This document shows, in pieces, positions 1-13,420 of a stretch of 64,000 nucleotides of DNA (positions are counted from its first letter, which is position 1; the number at the start of each line of letters is the position of its first letter). This stretch comes from Eledone cirrhosa. Its lineage: Eukaryota. Below the pieces are notes generated by a model, which saw only the letters and a program-made list of their open reading frames with translations, did no database searches and was not told the DNA's origin. The stretch covers positions 323,268,001 through 323,332,000 of the forward strand of contig OZ024742.1 in assembly GCA_964016885.1 (NCBI GenBank), in the 5' to 3' direction. Made by a program: the position numbers and the translations under genes.

Positions 1-382
1 TATAACTGGAGTCCCATTCATTAAAACGCCCAAGAAACCTACTATGCAATGCAACCTTCAGGGGCCCCCTATGAGATACAACCTCGTAGGAGGCCAGTTA
101 AACCTACAAAGGTGTGAGAAGCTAACAACCATCTTCCGTATGGGTTGAAGTTAAAGGTTAGTGGAGGGAAAGAGAATGGGGATGGAGGCTTTCTTTTCTT
201 TTTTTAAATATATAGATGGAAAATATTTTAAAAAGTCATCCACCTTATTGATTGATCAATTGTCTTATTTTGGTATTGGAATTTCTATTTTTGTACTTAA
301 CAAAAGACTTGTTTTACCATGCACTGTGGTGTATTACTTGTGTGTGCATGTATGGATATATGTCTGTTATATATAATGTATG

Positions 383-387
<5 letters not shown>

Positions 388-440
<53 letters not shown>
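388..440. repeat. (CA)n microsatellite
   Basis: Perfect CA run. Other simple repeats at about 6710-6990, 40330-40395 and 54030-54140. Confidence 0.95.
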
Positions 441-444
<4 letters not shown>

Positions 445-813
445 ATATATAAACATTTTTTACTCTAATTGGATTTCTCTCACTTCCTCCAATTCCATTC
501 TCTTCCTTTCTGGGTTTTGTTTCTGCGGGAGTTAGAAGACTTTCTGTAAATTTTTTGTTGGACATTATATAACATCTGTTGACAACATTAGTAAATCTTG
601 TGCTGCATGGTGTTGTGGTCTTTCAGTATAGCTTATAGCTCATACTAGAAAAATGACAACAAAAGAGATTGTTACAAATAGACTTTACACATTCACAATA
701 GTTTGATTCCCTGTCAACCCACCCCACAAGACCTCCTATAAGATACAACCTTTATGAGGCCAGCTAAACCTACATAAGTGTGAGCTGTAATTTTCATTTT
801 CCACCACCACCAC

Positions 814-856
<43 letters not shown>

Positions 857-871
857 CATACATACATGAGT

Positions 872-1120
872 TAAGGCACATGGCCTAGTGGTTAGTGTTG
901 GGCTCACTATGATATGGTCATGAGTTCACTTCCTGCACTAGGCATTGTGAAAGTCTTCAGCAAGACTTCATTTCATGCTGCTTTTCAAAACAAGACTGGG
1001 CCTATTATAAAAAGACATTCAAGAAACCTACTATGAAATAGAACCTTGTAGTAGGCCAGCTAAATCTGCAGAGGTAAAAGCTGTAAATTTCATTTTTTCA
1101 TTTCACTTCATACATGGGTT
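872..1120 (+). mobile_element. tRNA-derived SINE, second family
   Basis: A box TGGCCTAGTGG, B box GAGTTCACTTCC, tail aagaaacctactatg...aaccttgtagtaggccagctaaa. Partial copies at 1-145, 725-800 and 61008-61188. Confidence 0.75.
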
Positions 1121-1994
1121 AAGTTCTTTTGTTAGCTGTAAACCTTCCTTCCATTTGTATGTTAACATTTTCAAATAACTAATGTATGGTTCTGAATTCA
1201 AAACCGTCTTTAATGAATATAAATTAAATTCTTTTTAATTCTTCATTTTGACCTGGATTTAAAGTTTTATTTAAAAACAAAATATTATCAAGATGAGTTG
1301 CTATTTCACTGTAAGTTTTTTCATATATGTCCCCTGATTCCTCGTGCATACAAAACGAAATTTTATGATAATTTGTTCTCTTTAAGAAGTAGTAGATTGT
1401 TTGTTCTAACAATAGTTGTTGTAGTTGGCTGTAATTAATGTGAAGAGTGCAAGTGGTAAATTAATAGCAAATAGAACCTGTAGCTGTGGTTTTGGTTTGT
1501 ACTTGACATCAGCTTTACCTAACTAGGTTAATATGATTTAGAAATTACTTCAGATCTTTAGTTTTTCACAAGGTATTAGTTGGAATTTAATGGCATTTAT
1601 TGCCAGACCCTAACTATAGCTGACGTTTATCAGTGATGGGAATATTTTTGGAAGGAGATATCGAGTGTCGCAAAGGATGCAGCTGCTTATAATCTTTAGG
1701 GTTAGCCGGACCCAAATGATAGGGTAGGTTATGGTGAAGTGTTTGATACACTCCTATTTCTGTCTACTGTGAATCCAGCCCATAGTCATGTGTAAAGTTT
1801 AAATGAAATACTCTTTACTGCAGTCTGACTCATGTCACTGCTTTAGGAGTTTTATCGAGAAATGGCTTATTTTGCCATTGAGTCTCGTCTTATTAACCCT
1901 TTCAATACCAACCTGCCCCAAAACCAGTTCTGGTTCTGTGAAACAAAATTACCCATTCTAAAATGGTTTCATTTTAAATTAAAATCTTCCAACA

Positions 1995-2188
1995 TAAACG
2001 AAGTTCCTAAATATAATCACAAATTCTTTCCTGGTAGTTTCTTCCCTTGCACATCTCATCTATGGAATTGTTTTTCTACCTTTCTTATTTCCTAACTACT
2101 TGAATTTGTCTTTTTCCCTTCTCAATAACCCCATGCATTTTAGTGGCTTTATTGCTTTGCTTGGGGTGTAAATTGAAAAAAAAAAAAG
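1995..2188 (+). mobile_element. CR1/Jockey-like LINE 3' end
   Basis: SFFPCTSHLWNCF motif (SFFPRT..LWNSL type), then a short UTR and poly(A). Confidence 0.55.
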
Positions 2189-3939
2189 AGCTTTCTATTA
2201 TATTGTATTTCAAGTACTATGTTAGTAATGAAACAATTAATTTTAGTAAATTCTTCATTAAATAATTGAAATATAATTATATAATTAGAAATCTAACCAA
2301 AGTATTAAACTGAATTTTAGTGGGGTGAGCCTAATGCTAACAACAGCCATTATTTATTGTTACGATCTGAGTTCAAATCCTGTCGAGGTTAACTTTGCCC
2401 TTTGATACTTACAGAGTTGATAAAATAAAGTACCAGTAATGCACTGGGGTAATTGCTGGCCTTGTGCCAAAAGTAGAAACATTTATTGTTACCTTTAAAT
2501 TTATTAAGTGAAATTAGTAATTTTTTAACAGATAGTCTCACAAGTAGTTAAAAGCTCAATTTAATTCATTATTTACTATTTTGTTTTAAAATGTTTAGTA
2601 AGTTATATATTTACATTCAGTACTTAATTCGTTGTTTAGATGTGATAAGGACATATTGCTGATGTAGTGATTAAATGCATTTAGTAAAGTGGTAGGCATT
2701 AGGAAGGGCATTCATCTATAGAAATTGTGTCAAAAAGGGGTTGAGAGGACTAACTGGTCATGATTATGAAATGCACTCAGTACACTATATCAACTATTTA
2801 GCATTAGAAAGGACATCTAGCCACAGAGACCATGCCAAAAAGAGTTGAGAAGACTCTTCAGTCTTGTAAAGGACAAGACATCTCTAATGCAGGAATGATA
2901 AAATGCACTCAATACTTTGTAAAGTGATTGGTGTTAGGAAGGGGACCCTGCTGTATAGAGCATGCTTAAACTAGAACATATGTAAGCAAGATGTAGCACC
3001 CAGGCCTGTGTAGGGCAGTACTGACTTGGTCTGTAACAAACTATGCAACCAATGCCAGAATGTAAAATGAGGATGATTATATATATATATGCACACACAC
3101 ACACACACACACCCCTAGCTTTGCAAATGGGACTGAGGCATTTAGTGGTCTTCTGCCAATATAATCAATATCAAATTGCTGAAATTTGTACAAGTGTATT
3201 TAGAATTGGTGAATATTGTGATTTTATAGATACTTTTCTTGGAGGAGGTGATGATCAGGCAAAAAAAATAGCTAAATGTATGTTTAGTTCTTGTTACTTT
3301 GGTCTATAAATCGATATCATTTAATTTTATTTATTTTTACTTATTTGGTATGAGTATTTCCAAATATTTGGTTATTCAGGAAGATAATTACTGTGTTGAT
3401 GTAATAGGTAAGTATATTGATCAGATGACAGTGTTGTATTGTGTGACACTAGTAAAAGGAATTTTCATATAAGGTCAGTTTAATAGCAGCTATTTGATAT
3501 CAGTGCACACCTGCTCTCAATATTTTATGTAAGAGCTTTGTGTTCCAGGCAGCAGCTTTATAATGAAGAAACTTAGTTATTTTACTAAATCTCTTCAGGT
3601 TCTTGATTGTATTTTTAAAATAATTGAAATATACGAGCAATGTATTTTGTTAGAAATATGATCATGAAAGGACTAATGAATTTATAAAACATATTAAATA
3701 TGTGCCAATAGTTGGATTAATGGAAAATAAATTGTCTGTGTATGTATGTATATATATGCTTTCAGTAAGGTTGACGCAGAACTCGTGTATTTGAAGGGTT
3801 TTGGAATACTCGCCAAAATGTCGACCGTTCTGTTTGTGCTAAATACATAGTTGTTCCTCTAACAAAGGAACTGGCAGCTTAACACGCATCCATAAAAAAT
3901 AATTGTAAAATCTCCCTTTAAATATAACTGATGCCTTAA

Positions 3940-4130
3940 CCCTTTAGCATTTACATTACTCTATACTTACTATTGTATTTTCACAGTAAAGGCTTTACCT
4001 CACATAATATTGAATCTGAGATTTTGAGAACAATACCTTAACACCAGTATGAATGGCAAGTTACAGCCAGTTTGAACAGAAAGAGGTGGGAGAATTCTGG
4101 CCGGATATGGCCAGTTTAAATGCTAAAGGG
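3940..4130. mobile_element. piggyBac-like MITE
   Basis: TIRs ccctttagcattta / taaatgctaaaggg with TTAA on both sides (3936-3939 and 4131-4134). Confidence 0.85.
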
Positions 4131-5619
4131 TTAAATAGAAAATCAAAGTCTGAATTAGAAAAAAAAGTTGTCAGGGTCACAACAGGAATATCCTGAACTG
4201 GACCTATAGTTCAAGACTTTGGGCTAAATATCAGCACCAGCAACAATACCTCCATGTGGAACTAACACAACTTCTTATTTTGATAGTCTGCAAAAATATA
4301 TGGTTGATTTCTTTTAGCTGTTCCTGATTGGAAAACAAATTAGTTTTCCATATTCCCTCCTGTGCTATGGGCCGTTGCATACCAGAGTTCAAGCCTTTTC
4401 TAAGTTTCACTTTCCTGTTCCCTCTCTCTGAGATTGTTAAAAATTAACAAGTACTATACTGGAATCAACATCCCTACCATATACACATACACGTGTATAT
4501 GGTATGGAGTTGTCTCCAGGTCACTCTTTGTTTACCACAACTGACGTTGAAAGACCCCCCCCAAAAAAAAATCAGCTAATGGTAGAAAAAGCATCCATCC
4601 ATAGAGACCATACCAAAATCTAGAACATGCAAGTTATTAAGTCAGCATGGAACAGTAGATATAACACCACTGAACTAGATGTAATGTGCTATTTAATGGC
4701 ATATTACTGCAATTCCTAGCATCAATTTTAGTTTTCACTCTTCTGCAAATAATGAGCAGTGGGTTGATATAAAATCAACTGTATCACTTCTCTAAAGTTT
4801 GTGTACTGTTAATGCAGACACTGAAAGAACTGGAGGAAAATTTATAGAAAGCCAAAACAAGGAAAACAATTTCATACCCCTTATTACTACTAATGCCATT
4901 TAGAGATGTACAAACATTACAATCTGTTGTTTGTCCTGGGCTTTATTTGCTCTTATATGGTAGGGCAAACCATGTTTCTGAAAATCTTATTTTCACTGTA
5001 CCATACAGGATTTGATTCTGTAGTAGAGCATCCTTAACAAAACCCACGAGCCCAGTCCCAGCTAAAACCACCACTATTTTGCCACAAGCTTAGGGGAGCT
5101 TTTATGATTGCTTGACCTCCCAGAAATAGAAGTCACTTCGAGATTGGATAATGTTATCCAAGATACATTGATTGAATAATAGACATGGCTAGAATGTCTT
5201 TTATCATAGGTCTACTGCTCATCTTTAGGGGTATGTAGCAGGACTAGACAATAAATAGCATCCTTTTTAGAAACATCAATATTACACATCTTGCTTTTGC
5301 ATAAACAGAGAGAAGTTAACATCTGTATTTGATTTCCATTGCTAATGCTACTTAACCTATATGAATATCACCACCCATTCTTCCCTCTATATCTTAGCCA
5401 TACATTGCCCATGTAAAATATACTACTACCTCTAGCAGTTATTGAATTCTGGTTTTACTGTCATCATTACTACTTAACCTTCTTGTTTCATTATTATTAT
5501 TAATAGTAGATAAAGCACCAGTAATGCACTGGGGGTTGATTTAATCGACTTTCTCCTCCCACAAAATGCTTAGCCATGAAGCTAAATCAGAAACCATAAT
5601 TAGTAGTAACACCAGGCTA

Positions 5620-5830
5620 GTGGAGTAGCAGAATCGTTAGAGCATCAAACAAAATACTTTGAGGTATTTAGTTAAGGTTCTTTACGTTCTGAAGCCAAAT
5701 TCCGCTGAGGTCAACTTTGGCTTTCATACTTTTGGATGGTCAATAACAATTAAGTACCAGTCAAGTACTGGGTCAACCAATTTATTTGGCTTTCCCTCCC
5801 AAATTACTGGCCTTGTGCCTAAATTAGCAA
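5620..5830 (+). mobile_element. SINE, third family (conserved central domain gtcaactttgcctttcatc...ataaaataagtaccag)
   Basis: Dispersed copies at about 2366-2480, 7490-7680 (-), 10570-10660, 30915-31062, 38610-38820 (-), 50540-50660, 54800-54930, 55250-55400 (-) and 62690-62880 (-). B-box-like gagttcaaatcc. Confidence 0.75.
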
Positions 5831-6797
5831 TTATTATTATTATCAATCTGTCCCAAAAAAAAAAAAAGATTATGATGCTTGTATTTTATAGGATTTTTTT
5901 TAAATCATGTTTTGTAAATATTCTGTCAAAGATATCTTCCAGATGTATATGAGAATGCTTGTTTGATAGTGTGTGTTGGTATGTATATACATGTAAATGC
6001 GTGAATGAGAAGAAATTGATATGCACATATGAGTACATAATTCCTCTGTTTTAAGAGGTAGAATAGTTGAGTAAATAAATAATTCGTTAATAATAATAGG
6101 AAAGGAAAGGAACTGTTAGTCAAATTGGACCAAGGTAACAATGTTTCCATTTGTCTTTCCATTACTGACATCTGCCAGTCACAACTCCTGGCATCAAATT
6201 AGATACCTTGATATTTGTTCAGTTCTCATTCAGTCCAAGGGCAGTGGATTGGCAGAATTCTTAAAAAACAGGATGATTTGTGGTATTTCACCTAGCTCTG
6301 CATTCTGAGTTCAAATCCAAATTCCGTTTCCTCTTACCAGGAGATGAGGGCAACAGATAACATTAACAATGGAAACTTAATTTTCTTGGTCCTATCTGAT
6401 AATGAACTCATTTCCTTTTATAAAAAAAAATACAAAATGACTAAATGCATCTCTCTGCTTAACACACAGTCCATTATTATACCGAATATAATATATATTT
6501 TTTAATTTGGTGATGGCCTTTTTTTTCTGTCCCCTGAACCCCCTTCTGAATTTTTAATTAATGTTTTTCTTTCTTTCTTCCATTTTGCTTCTACAACTGT
6601 TTTCTTATATATACACTCTCATACTCATTGTTAATTATTTATTTTTATCTTTTATATATAATTTTTAAACACATTGCATAAATGATTTTTGTTTTTGTTC
6701 TTTTGAAAAATGTTATATATATATATATATATATACATACACACATGTGCATTCTATAAATATATATATATATATATACATACACACATGTGCATTC

Positions 6798-6867
<70 letters not shown>

Positions 6868-9243
6868 AATGCATCTATGCATATATATATTGTATGTATC
6901 CATATGTAATTGCAAAACATATATATGAACTCATATATATTATATTTGTATATATATATATATATGTGTGTGTGTGTATATATATAATTTTAAAAAATTA
7001 AATGTATAAAATATATATAAAAACTTTCTCTTTCTAAACTAATGGCTTTTATTTTATTTTTATTTTTTTGTCTTCAGTTTTGCAATTTAAAAAAAATATA
7101 AATTTGGTTTGGATTAGTTAGGGAGTGAACTTTTCTCTTTGGTCTGTATGTGTATTTATTTTTATATATATACATGTGTGTGTGTACATCCATATATATA
7201 TAGAAACGTATGTATATATAATATACAGATATATATGTTGACGCAACATGGCTTGAATGGTTCAAATGTTTGCTTCACAATCTTCAGGTCTTGGGTTTGA
7301 ATCCACTGCAGGGCATTATTTTCCATATCCTCTGGTCAACCCAAGCCTTGTGAGTGAAATTGGGCGTTCGGAAACTGTTTGGAAGCCCATTAGATGGCTT
7401 TATTGGGTTTATAAATATGTATATATATACATATATATATATGTGTGTGCATGTAAGAAACTTGTTCCGAACACCTGCTTAATAATTGTTTCTACTTTTG
7501 GCACAAAGCCAACAATTATCCCAGAGTATTACTGGTACTTTATTTTATCGACCCCCGTAAGGATGAAAGGCAAAGTCAACCTCGGCGGGATTTGAACTCA
7601 GATCATAAAGGGCTGTAACTCTTTGCTGCAAAGCATGGCGTCCGACCCTCTACCGATACTGCCAATCCATTGCCTTTACTGTCTTAGTCATAAATACACA
7701 ATATAAAAAGCCTTTTATGTCTGTTTACCCTGCTAAAGTAGAGGTTAGTCTTGTAAACCCTGACAGGCTTCATCATGACACTTGCCATGGGATCATTTCT
7801 GAGGCAATGTTTTAAAGCTTTATGCCAACCCTTTTTATTTATTCCTTATGACATGCAGGGATACAGTGTACATAATCTAAACTGGATATATCCAATGTTT
7901 GAGGAAATGAAAAACGAGGGTTTCAGCTGGAAGGCTTTGTAACATAGCTCTGTTCAAGCACGATTGATATAGGGTTAAAGAACTTTCTTTTAACTAGGTT
8001 TACATGTGTGGTTTATAGGTGGCAAAGTGGCAGTTGTTAGAACATTGGGTGGAATGATTTGCAGCTCTGAGCTCAAATCCCACTGGTGTCAATTCTGATA
8101 TGTTAGAGCTGGTTTAAATTTCTATGACAATGTCTTTATGACCCCACCTGGAATTCAGGGCCTTTGATGGATATTTATAGAGAGGAGTCTGTTGATCAGC
8201 TGTCCACCACTCAGTTTCATTTCACTTATGTCATTAGTGCCCTTGTGGGGGAACGTTTCAAAGAACTGGGGCTAGGTTGGTGTCAAAAGAGTAAACATAG
8301 TTGACTAAATGGTTAAGACGTTTGCTTCATAGTCATAGTGTCTCAAGTTCCATCCTACTACATGGCATCTTTGGCAACTGTCTTTACTTAAATATTAATA
8401 CAAACCTTGTCAGACGAATTGTGTCTGTAATTCAAAGATGCAGCCTTGTGACATACTGTGCTATGCTAATTCGGAAATTATGTGAAAAGTAGATGCATTT
8501 GTAGAAAATTCAGTCTCTTACTCTTTTACTCTTTTACCTGTTTCAGCCATCCGGCTGAGGCCATGCTGGGGCAGCATATGAAATTGAGGCAGGTTTTCAG
8601 TTAATTGAACAACTGAAAACCCAATGCAGGATCCATCATCAATTAAATATAGCAAATCATATCCAGGGAAAGATAGGCTTTAGTGTAAAACAATCTATTG
8701 TAGCAAGGGATATTGTTTGATTTTTAAATCCTAAAATATTAATGCGTAAAACAGGTATGGGCCACAAAGGATATGACTCGTCATAAGGCAGGCCATACTA
8801 ATAAAAAAAGATTCAAGGCAATTTTGAAATTAGGTGTGCCATTCAAAAAGCCAAATGGGCTGCATGATTGACATAGAACCATTAAATTAAATGTAACTCT
8901 TGGTGACCCTATGGAAGACGCTTGTCTTTGTCCACAAGGCTTTCCTGGCCACATTACAAAGGTAATTTACCATTGTCTACCTCTGGAGTTCAAGGAGTAC
9001 AATATGTAAAATGGTTGGTGTTAGGTAGAGGCATCCAGACATAGAAAGCTTGCCAAACATGGAATGTATGAACAAGAGGTGGTTTTAGGAGCATAACTCT
9101 AAAGGAGGAATAACTGACTGACAGCCAATGTAGGTATGGGAAGCGAACATAAAATAATGACTACCTATAAATATATGCTTTTATATATATTGTACAAAGC
9201 CACATTTTTGGTTTTTTGAAGCGCTGAGAGTATATATATAATT

Positions 9244-9413
9244 ATAAAGATAGCTTATAAAATAGGGTGAAGACCCTTAAAAGCTGGAAAAAGAAGTTGC
9301 CATAGGCCGCTATTAGGAACTCCATATCTTCTAGATACATAGCGGCCAAAGGCAACTTCTTTTTCTGTCTTTTATGTGTCTTCACCTCATTTTATAAGCT
9401 AAGCTATCTTCAT
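9244..9413. repeat. Foldback / long inverted repeat
   Basis: Arms 9244-9313 and 9339-9413 (gaaaaagaagttgccataggccgctat / atagcggccaaaggcaacttctttttc), with a 25-nt spacer. Confidence 0.85.
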
Positions 9414-11526
9414 AGCATTTCTGTGCTTGAGCACTTTCTTTATACTTATAATATATATATTTAACATATGTTTCAATTAATCTTAGATTATAGTTGAGTT
9501 TGGCCATATTTGATTAGTACAAGATGCTGGGGTAGCTGTGACGTGATCACAACTTAAAATACATACTCACAGCAAGACTAAATGTGTGTTTATTATACAT
9601 AAACATATTTTATACGGGATTATATACACCTTTCCTCATCATGAATTTACTGCAATGCGTTGTTCTTATGTTACCTATAATATAGTGGTTAGGGTTGGGC
9701 ACATTATGATAAGGTTGTGGCTTTCGTCCTCAGGCTAGGCTTGTGTCATTGAGTAAGGCACATCATTTCATATTGCTCCAGTGGCATTAGCTATACCAGC
9801 TCCAAATATATAACATTGAAATTAAAAAAAATAATCATTCTTGGTTGTAGAATTACTTTTCACACTTCTTAATCTTCTGGAGGCTCCAGGCTTATTAAGT
9901 CACCAATAGAGTAAACTCCCCTTAATGCATAATGCAGTGTCAAGGGAAGCAATTCATAAAAATTTCTAGTATGCTGAAGGTTAAGCACATATGGTTGTGA
10001 GGTTAAGAAGTTCACATTGCAGCTGTATTGCTTTGTGTTCACTCCCACTGTGTGGCACCTTGGCCAGGTGTCTTCTACTCTATCTTTGGGTCAACTAATG
10101 ACTTGTGGATGAATTTAGTAGCTGTAAACTATGCTAAATGTATATATATATATATATATGTGTGTGTGTCTGTATATTCATATCAACACCATTTGAAGTA
10201 TGTGTTGATGTTTGTTTATGTCCCGCAGTTTAGCAGTTCAATGAATGTCAGCAGTGTATAACATTCTTCCTCAAAAATTGCTTGTCTGACCCATTCCAGC
10301 CTGGAAAAGTGAATGTAAAAATGATGATGATATTCAAGAATTTATTTAAAAGTATTAAACTGACGGAGTTAAAAACTGCATAACAAGTTCTTCATATTAT
10401 TAAATACAGTTCCTTTAAATTCTGAATTGAAATCCTGCTGGACTCCATTTCTCATTTCTTCTTTCTAGGGTCAATGAAATAAGATTCAAACATCTACTGT
10501 CATTAACTCAGTCTAACCGATAGAAAATTGACTGAAATGTTACAGAGTTTTATAAAGTGACTTGAGTTGTTTATTGTGGCTTCTGGAGTTCAAATCCTGC
10601 TATGGTTAACTTTATCTTTCATCCTTCTAGGAACATTAAAATAAAGTACCAGATTTACCGGAATCAATATAAACACCATTTATGACTCTAGTGTTGCTGC
10701 ATTCTTGAATGTTGTGCCTCTATCATTATAGGTAATCTGTTGAGCTCTTTCAGAGACAAATGTAACTATAGACTCTAGTATTGGTACTTTCCAGAATGTA
10801 CCTCTGGCTATTGTTAAAGATAATTTGTTGATATCTTAGTATGACAAGTCTAACTATCAAGAAACACGTGTATTGTTGCTTTTTGGAACACTATACCTCT
10901 GTCTATCATTAAAGAGAATCTGTTTATGTCTTTACAGCACATGTGTATCAATTATTTGAATTATTTTTAGAATAGTGGATTGGCAGAATTGGTAGAGCAT
11001 TTCATCATTTCTGTTCTAAGTTCAAAACCCATTGGGGTTGACATCTTTCACCTTTCATAAATTGATAAAATATACATCATAAAACTTTTAAGAAAAGTAC
11101 TGCAAAATATATAAAATCATAGGACAAGTGACAGATTTAAATTTTTGTTGTTTGTTTTTATTTTTACATTGTAATCTAAAAGTAAATAATTTTGGGAGCT
11201 AGCTACAGACTACAAGAGCTAATTTTGCTTTTATCAGCTATAGACTATACAAGAGAGAGACAGAAGATAGCCCTATACTGCTAGCTATTGACTATATAAA
11301 ATGAAACCATCTTAGCCCGGTATTGTCGCAAAATTTAAATGAATGTAGTAGAGTTGTAAAAGCAGTAGTCCAAAGTAAATAATAACAAGTTTTCTCTTTT
11401 ATATAAATGACAAATTACGCCTCCCATATATCAATCAAGCTATCTACTTATAAATATATTTCTCCCCCTCTCTCTCTTTACACATATACGTACATATTAC
11501 ACATACACATATATATATATGTATAG

Positions 11527-11626
11527 AAAATAGTCAGGACCCAGACGGCTGAGCTCCGGCCATTTCGACAGCTAGATCTAGATGTTGAAATGGCCGGAGC
11601 TCAGCCATCGGGGTCCTGACTCTTTT
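11527..11626. repeat. 100-bp near-perfect palindrome
   Basis: Arms agtcaggacccagacggctgagctccggccatttcgaca and tgttgaaatggccggagctcagccatcggggtcctgact, centred on ctaga|tctag (11576/11577). Confidence 0.92.
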
Positions 11627-13420
11627 TCCTATTACCCTTTCTACTACCCTAAGTATCAAGTATGGTCCACCTGGTTCTTTACCACACTTCCCTCGTTGTA
11701 TATATATATATATATGTGTGTATATATATATATATATCAAACAGGACAACCAGTTAAACCCATGCTAGCATGGGAAATAAACGTTAATTGAAGATGATTA
11801 TTATTTATATATATATGTGTGTGTATATATATGTATATATATATATATTGTGTGTATATATATGTATATATATTATGCGTGTGTGTATATATATCATCAT
11901 CTTCGTTTAATGTCCATCTTCCATGCTAGCATGGGTTAGAGGGAGTTGTCCCACTTGACACAAGGTTGGTCGGATGACCATGTCTTGCTTGTATAGGACT
12001 ATCTGGCAGGTTTTCTACGGCTGGACGCCCTTCCTAACACCAATCACATTTACAGTGTAGAACTGGGAACTTTTTACCGTGTTGCCTACACGGCCACATT
12101 ACAGCGTGGACTGTGTGTTTTTTTGTCGTGACACCTACATGATCATATATATATACACACGTACATATATAACATCCTTAAAAAGGATATTGTGCTATGG
12201 ACAAAAAAATGAATTTACACATTATATCCCTCCATCCTTGTTTAATTTGTTTTTTTTATATTTTGTGAAAATGATTATCATAATTATCTCTTTTCAATAT
12301 ATATGAATATTTTAAGAGTGTGTATCTGTTTTGTTAGACATGGTCTGAGCCAATACTGGCTAAAACCTATCGAAGTTATATGTGTATATATATATGTATA
12401 AACCACAAACACATATTTTTATAGTAAACTTCAAGATTTTTCAATTCCACACCTTAATCTAGAAGCTTATATATATGTATATATGTAATTATGTATATAG
12501 CCATGGATATTGTGTCTTTATAAAATACATGCATATACTATCTATATTTTAATCAGAGCAATAATGAGTGGATATTGGTTCAAATTTTGTATATAGTCTG
12601 AAAACTAAAATTTCCAAAAATAATTTTTGTAAGAAATATAAAATATGTATACATATATAATATATATGCAATATATATATATATATATATATTATTGTTG
12701 CTGTTGGTTAACCTAGAGTTGAATGGCAAATATAAGTTTATATTTTTTAAACAAAACAAAACCTGATTAGATTTTTTTTTAATTGTCATATAAGGACACT
12801 TGGGATTTGCTTATTTCACTTTGTTTAAAGTTGTATGTAATATGTATGTATAATATATATTGTGAATATATACATGGTATATGTGTGTATCTGAATGTAT
12901 ACATATACACTTGTGTGGGTGTATGTATAGAGGTGGTGATACACACACATATATTTAAAATTTACATTTATATAATTTTCTCTCTCTCATTTATTAAACC
13001 TTTTTCAGTTCTCCTTAACTAAAATGGTACTTATGTTTTTATTTTTATTTTCCTGTGGGAATGGGGTTGGCTAATATCAAGTGTTATTGAGAAATTTGAG
13101 TGTAATTATTCTATTGTGTGACACCTTTCAGAAGTGTCTTGTATAGCTTTCAGTTGTCCAATACCTTGTGAATGGAATTTAGTAAATGAAAACAGCATGG
13201 AAGCTGTGTAAGAATGGTTTTTCAAATATGAAAGGCATTCAATACATTAAGTAGTGAAAGTACATACTTAATTCATATAGAAAGGGCTTCTACAGGACCA
13301 CAAATGTATTTTAGGAGATTAGTATCAGTGTATATAAAATATTAAGAATGACAATAAATGCAGGTGAGTGTTGTGACATGGTTTTACTTCACAAAAGTCA
13401 AATAAATTAATATAAATAAT

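Larger units (their letters stand above)
161..1620 (-). mobile_element. Possible ancient Penelope-like relic broken by SINEs and microsatellites
   Basis: Collinear minus-strand fragments DLK*FLNHIN, EELKRI.FIFIKDGF, SNKKFTESLLT..TKPRKEE and GKTSLLLSTKI resemble PLE RT thumb to GIY-YIG motifs. Weak. Confidence 0.3.
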
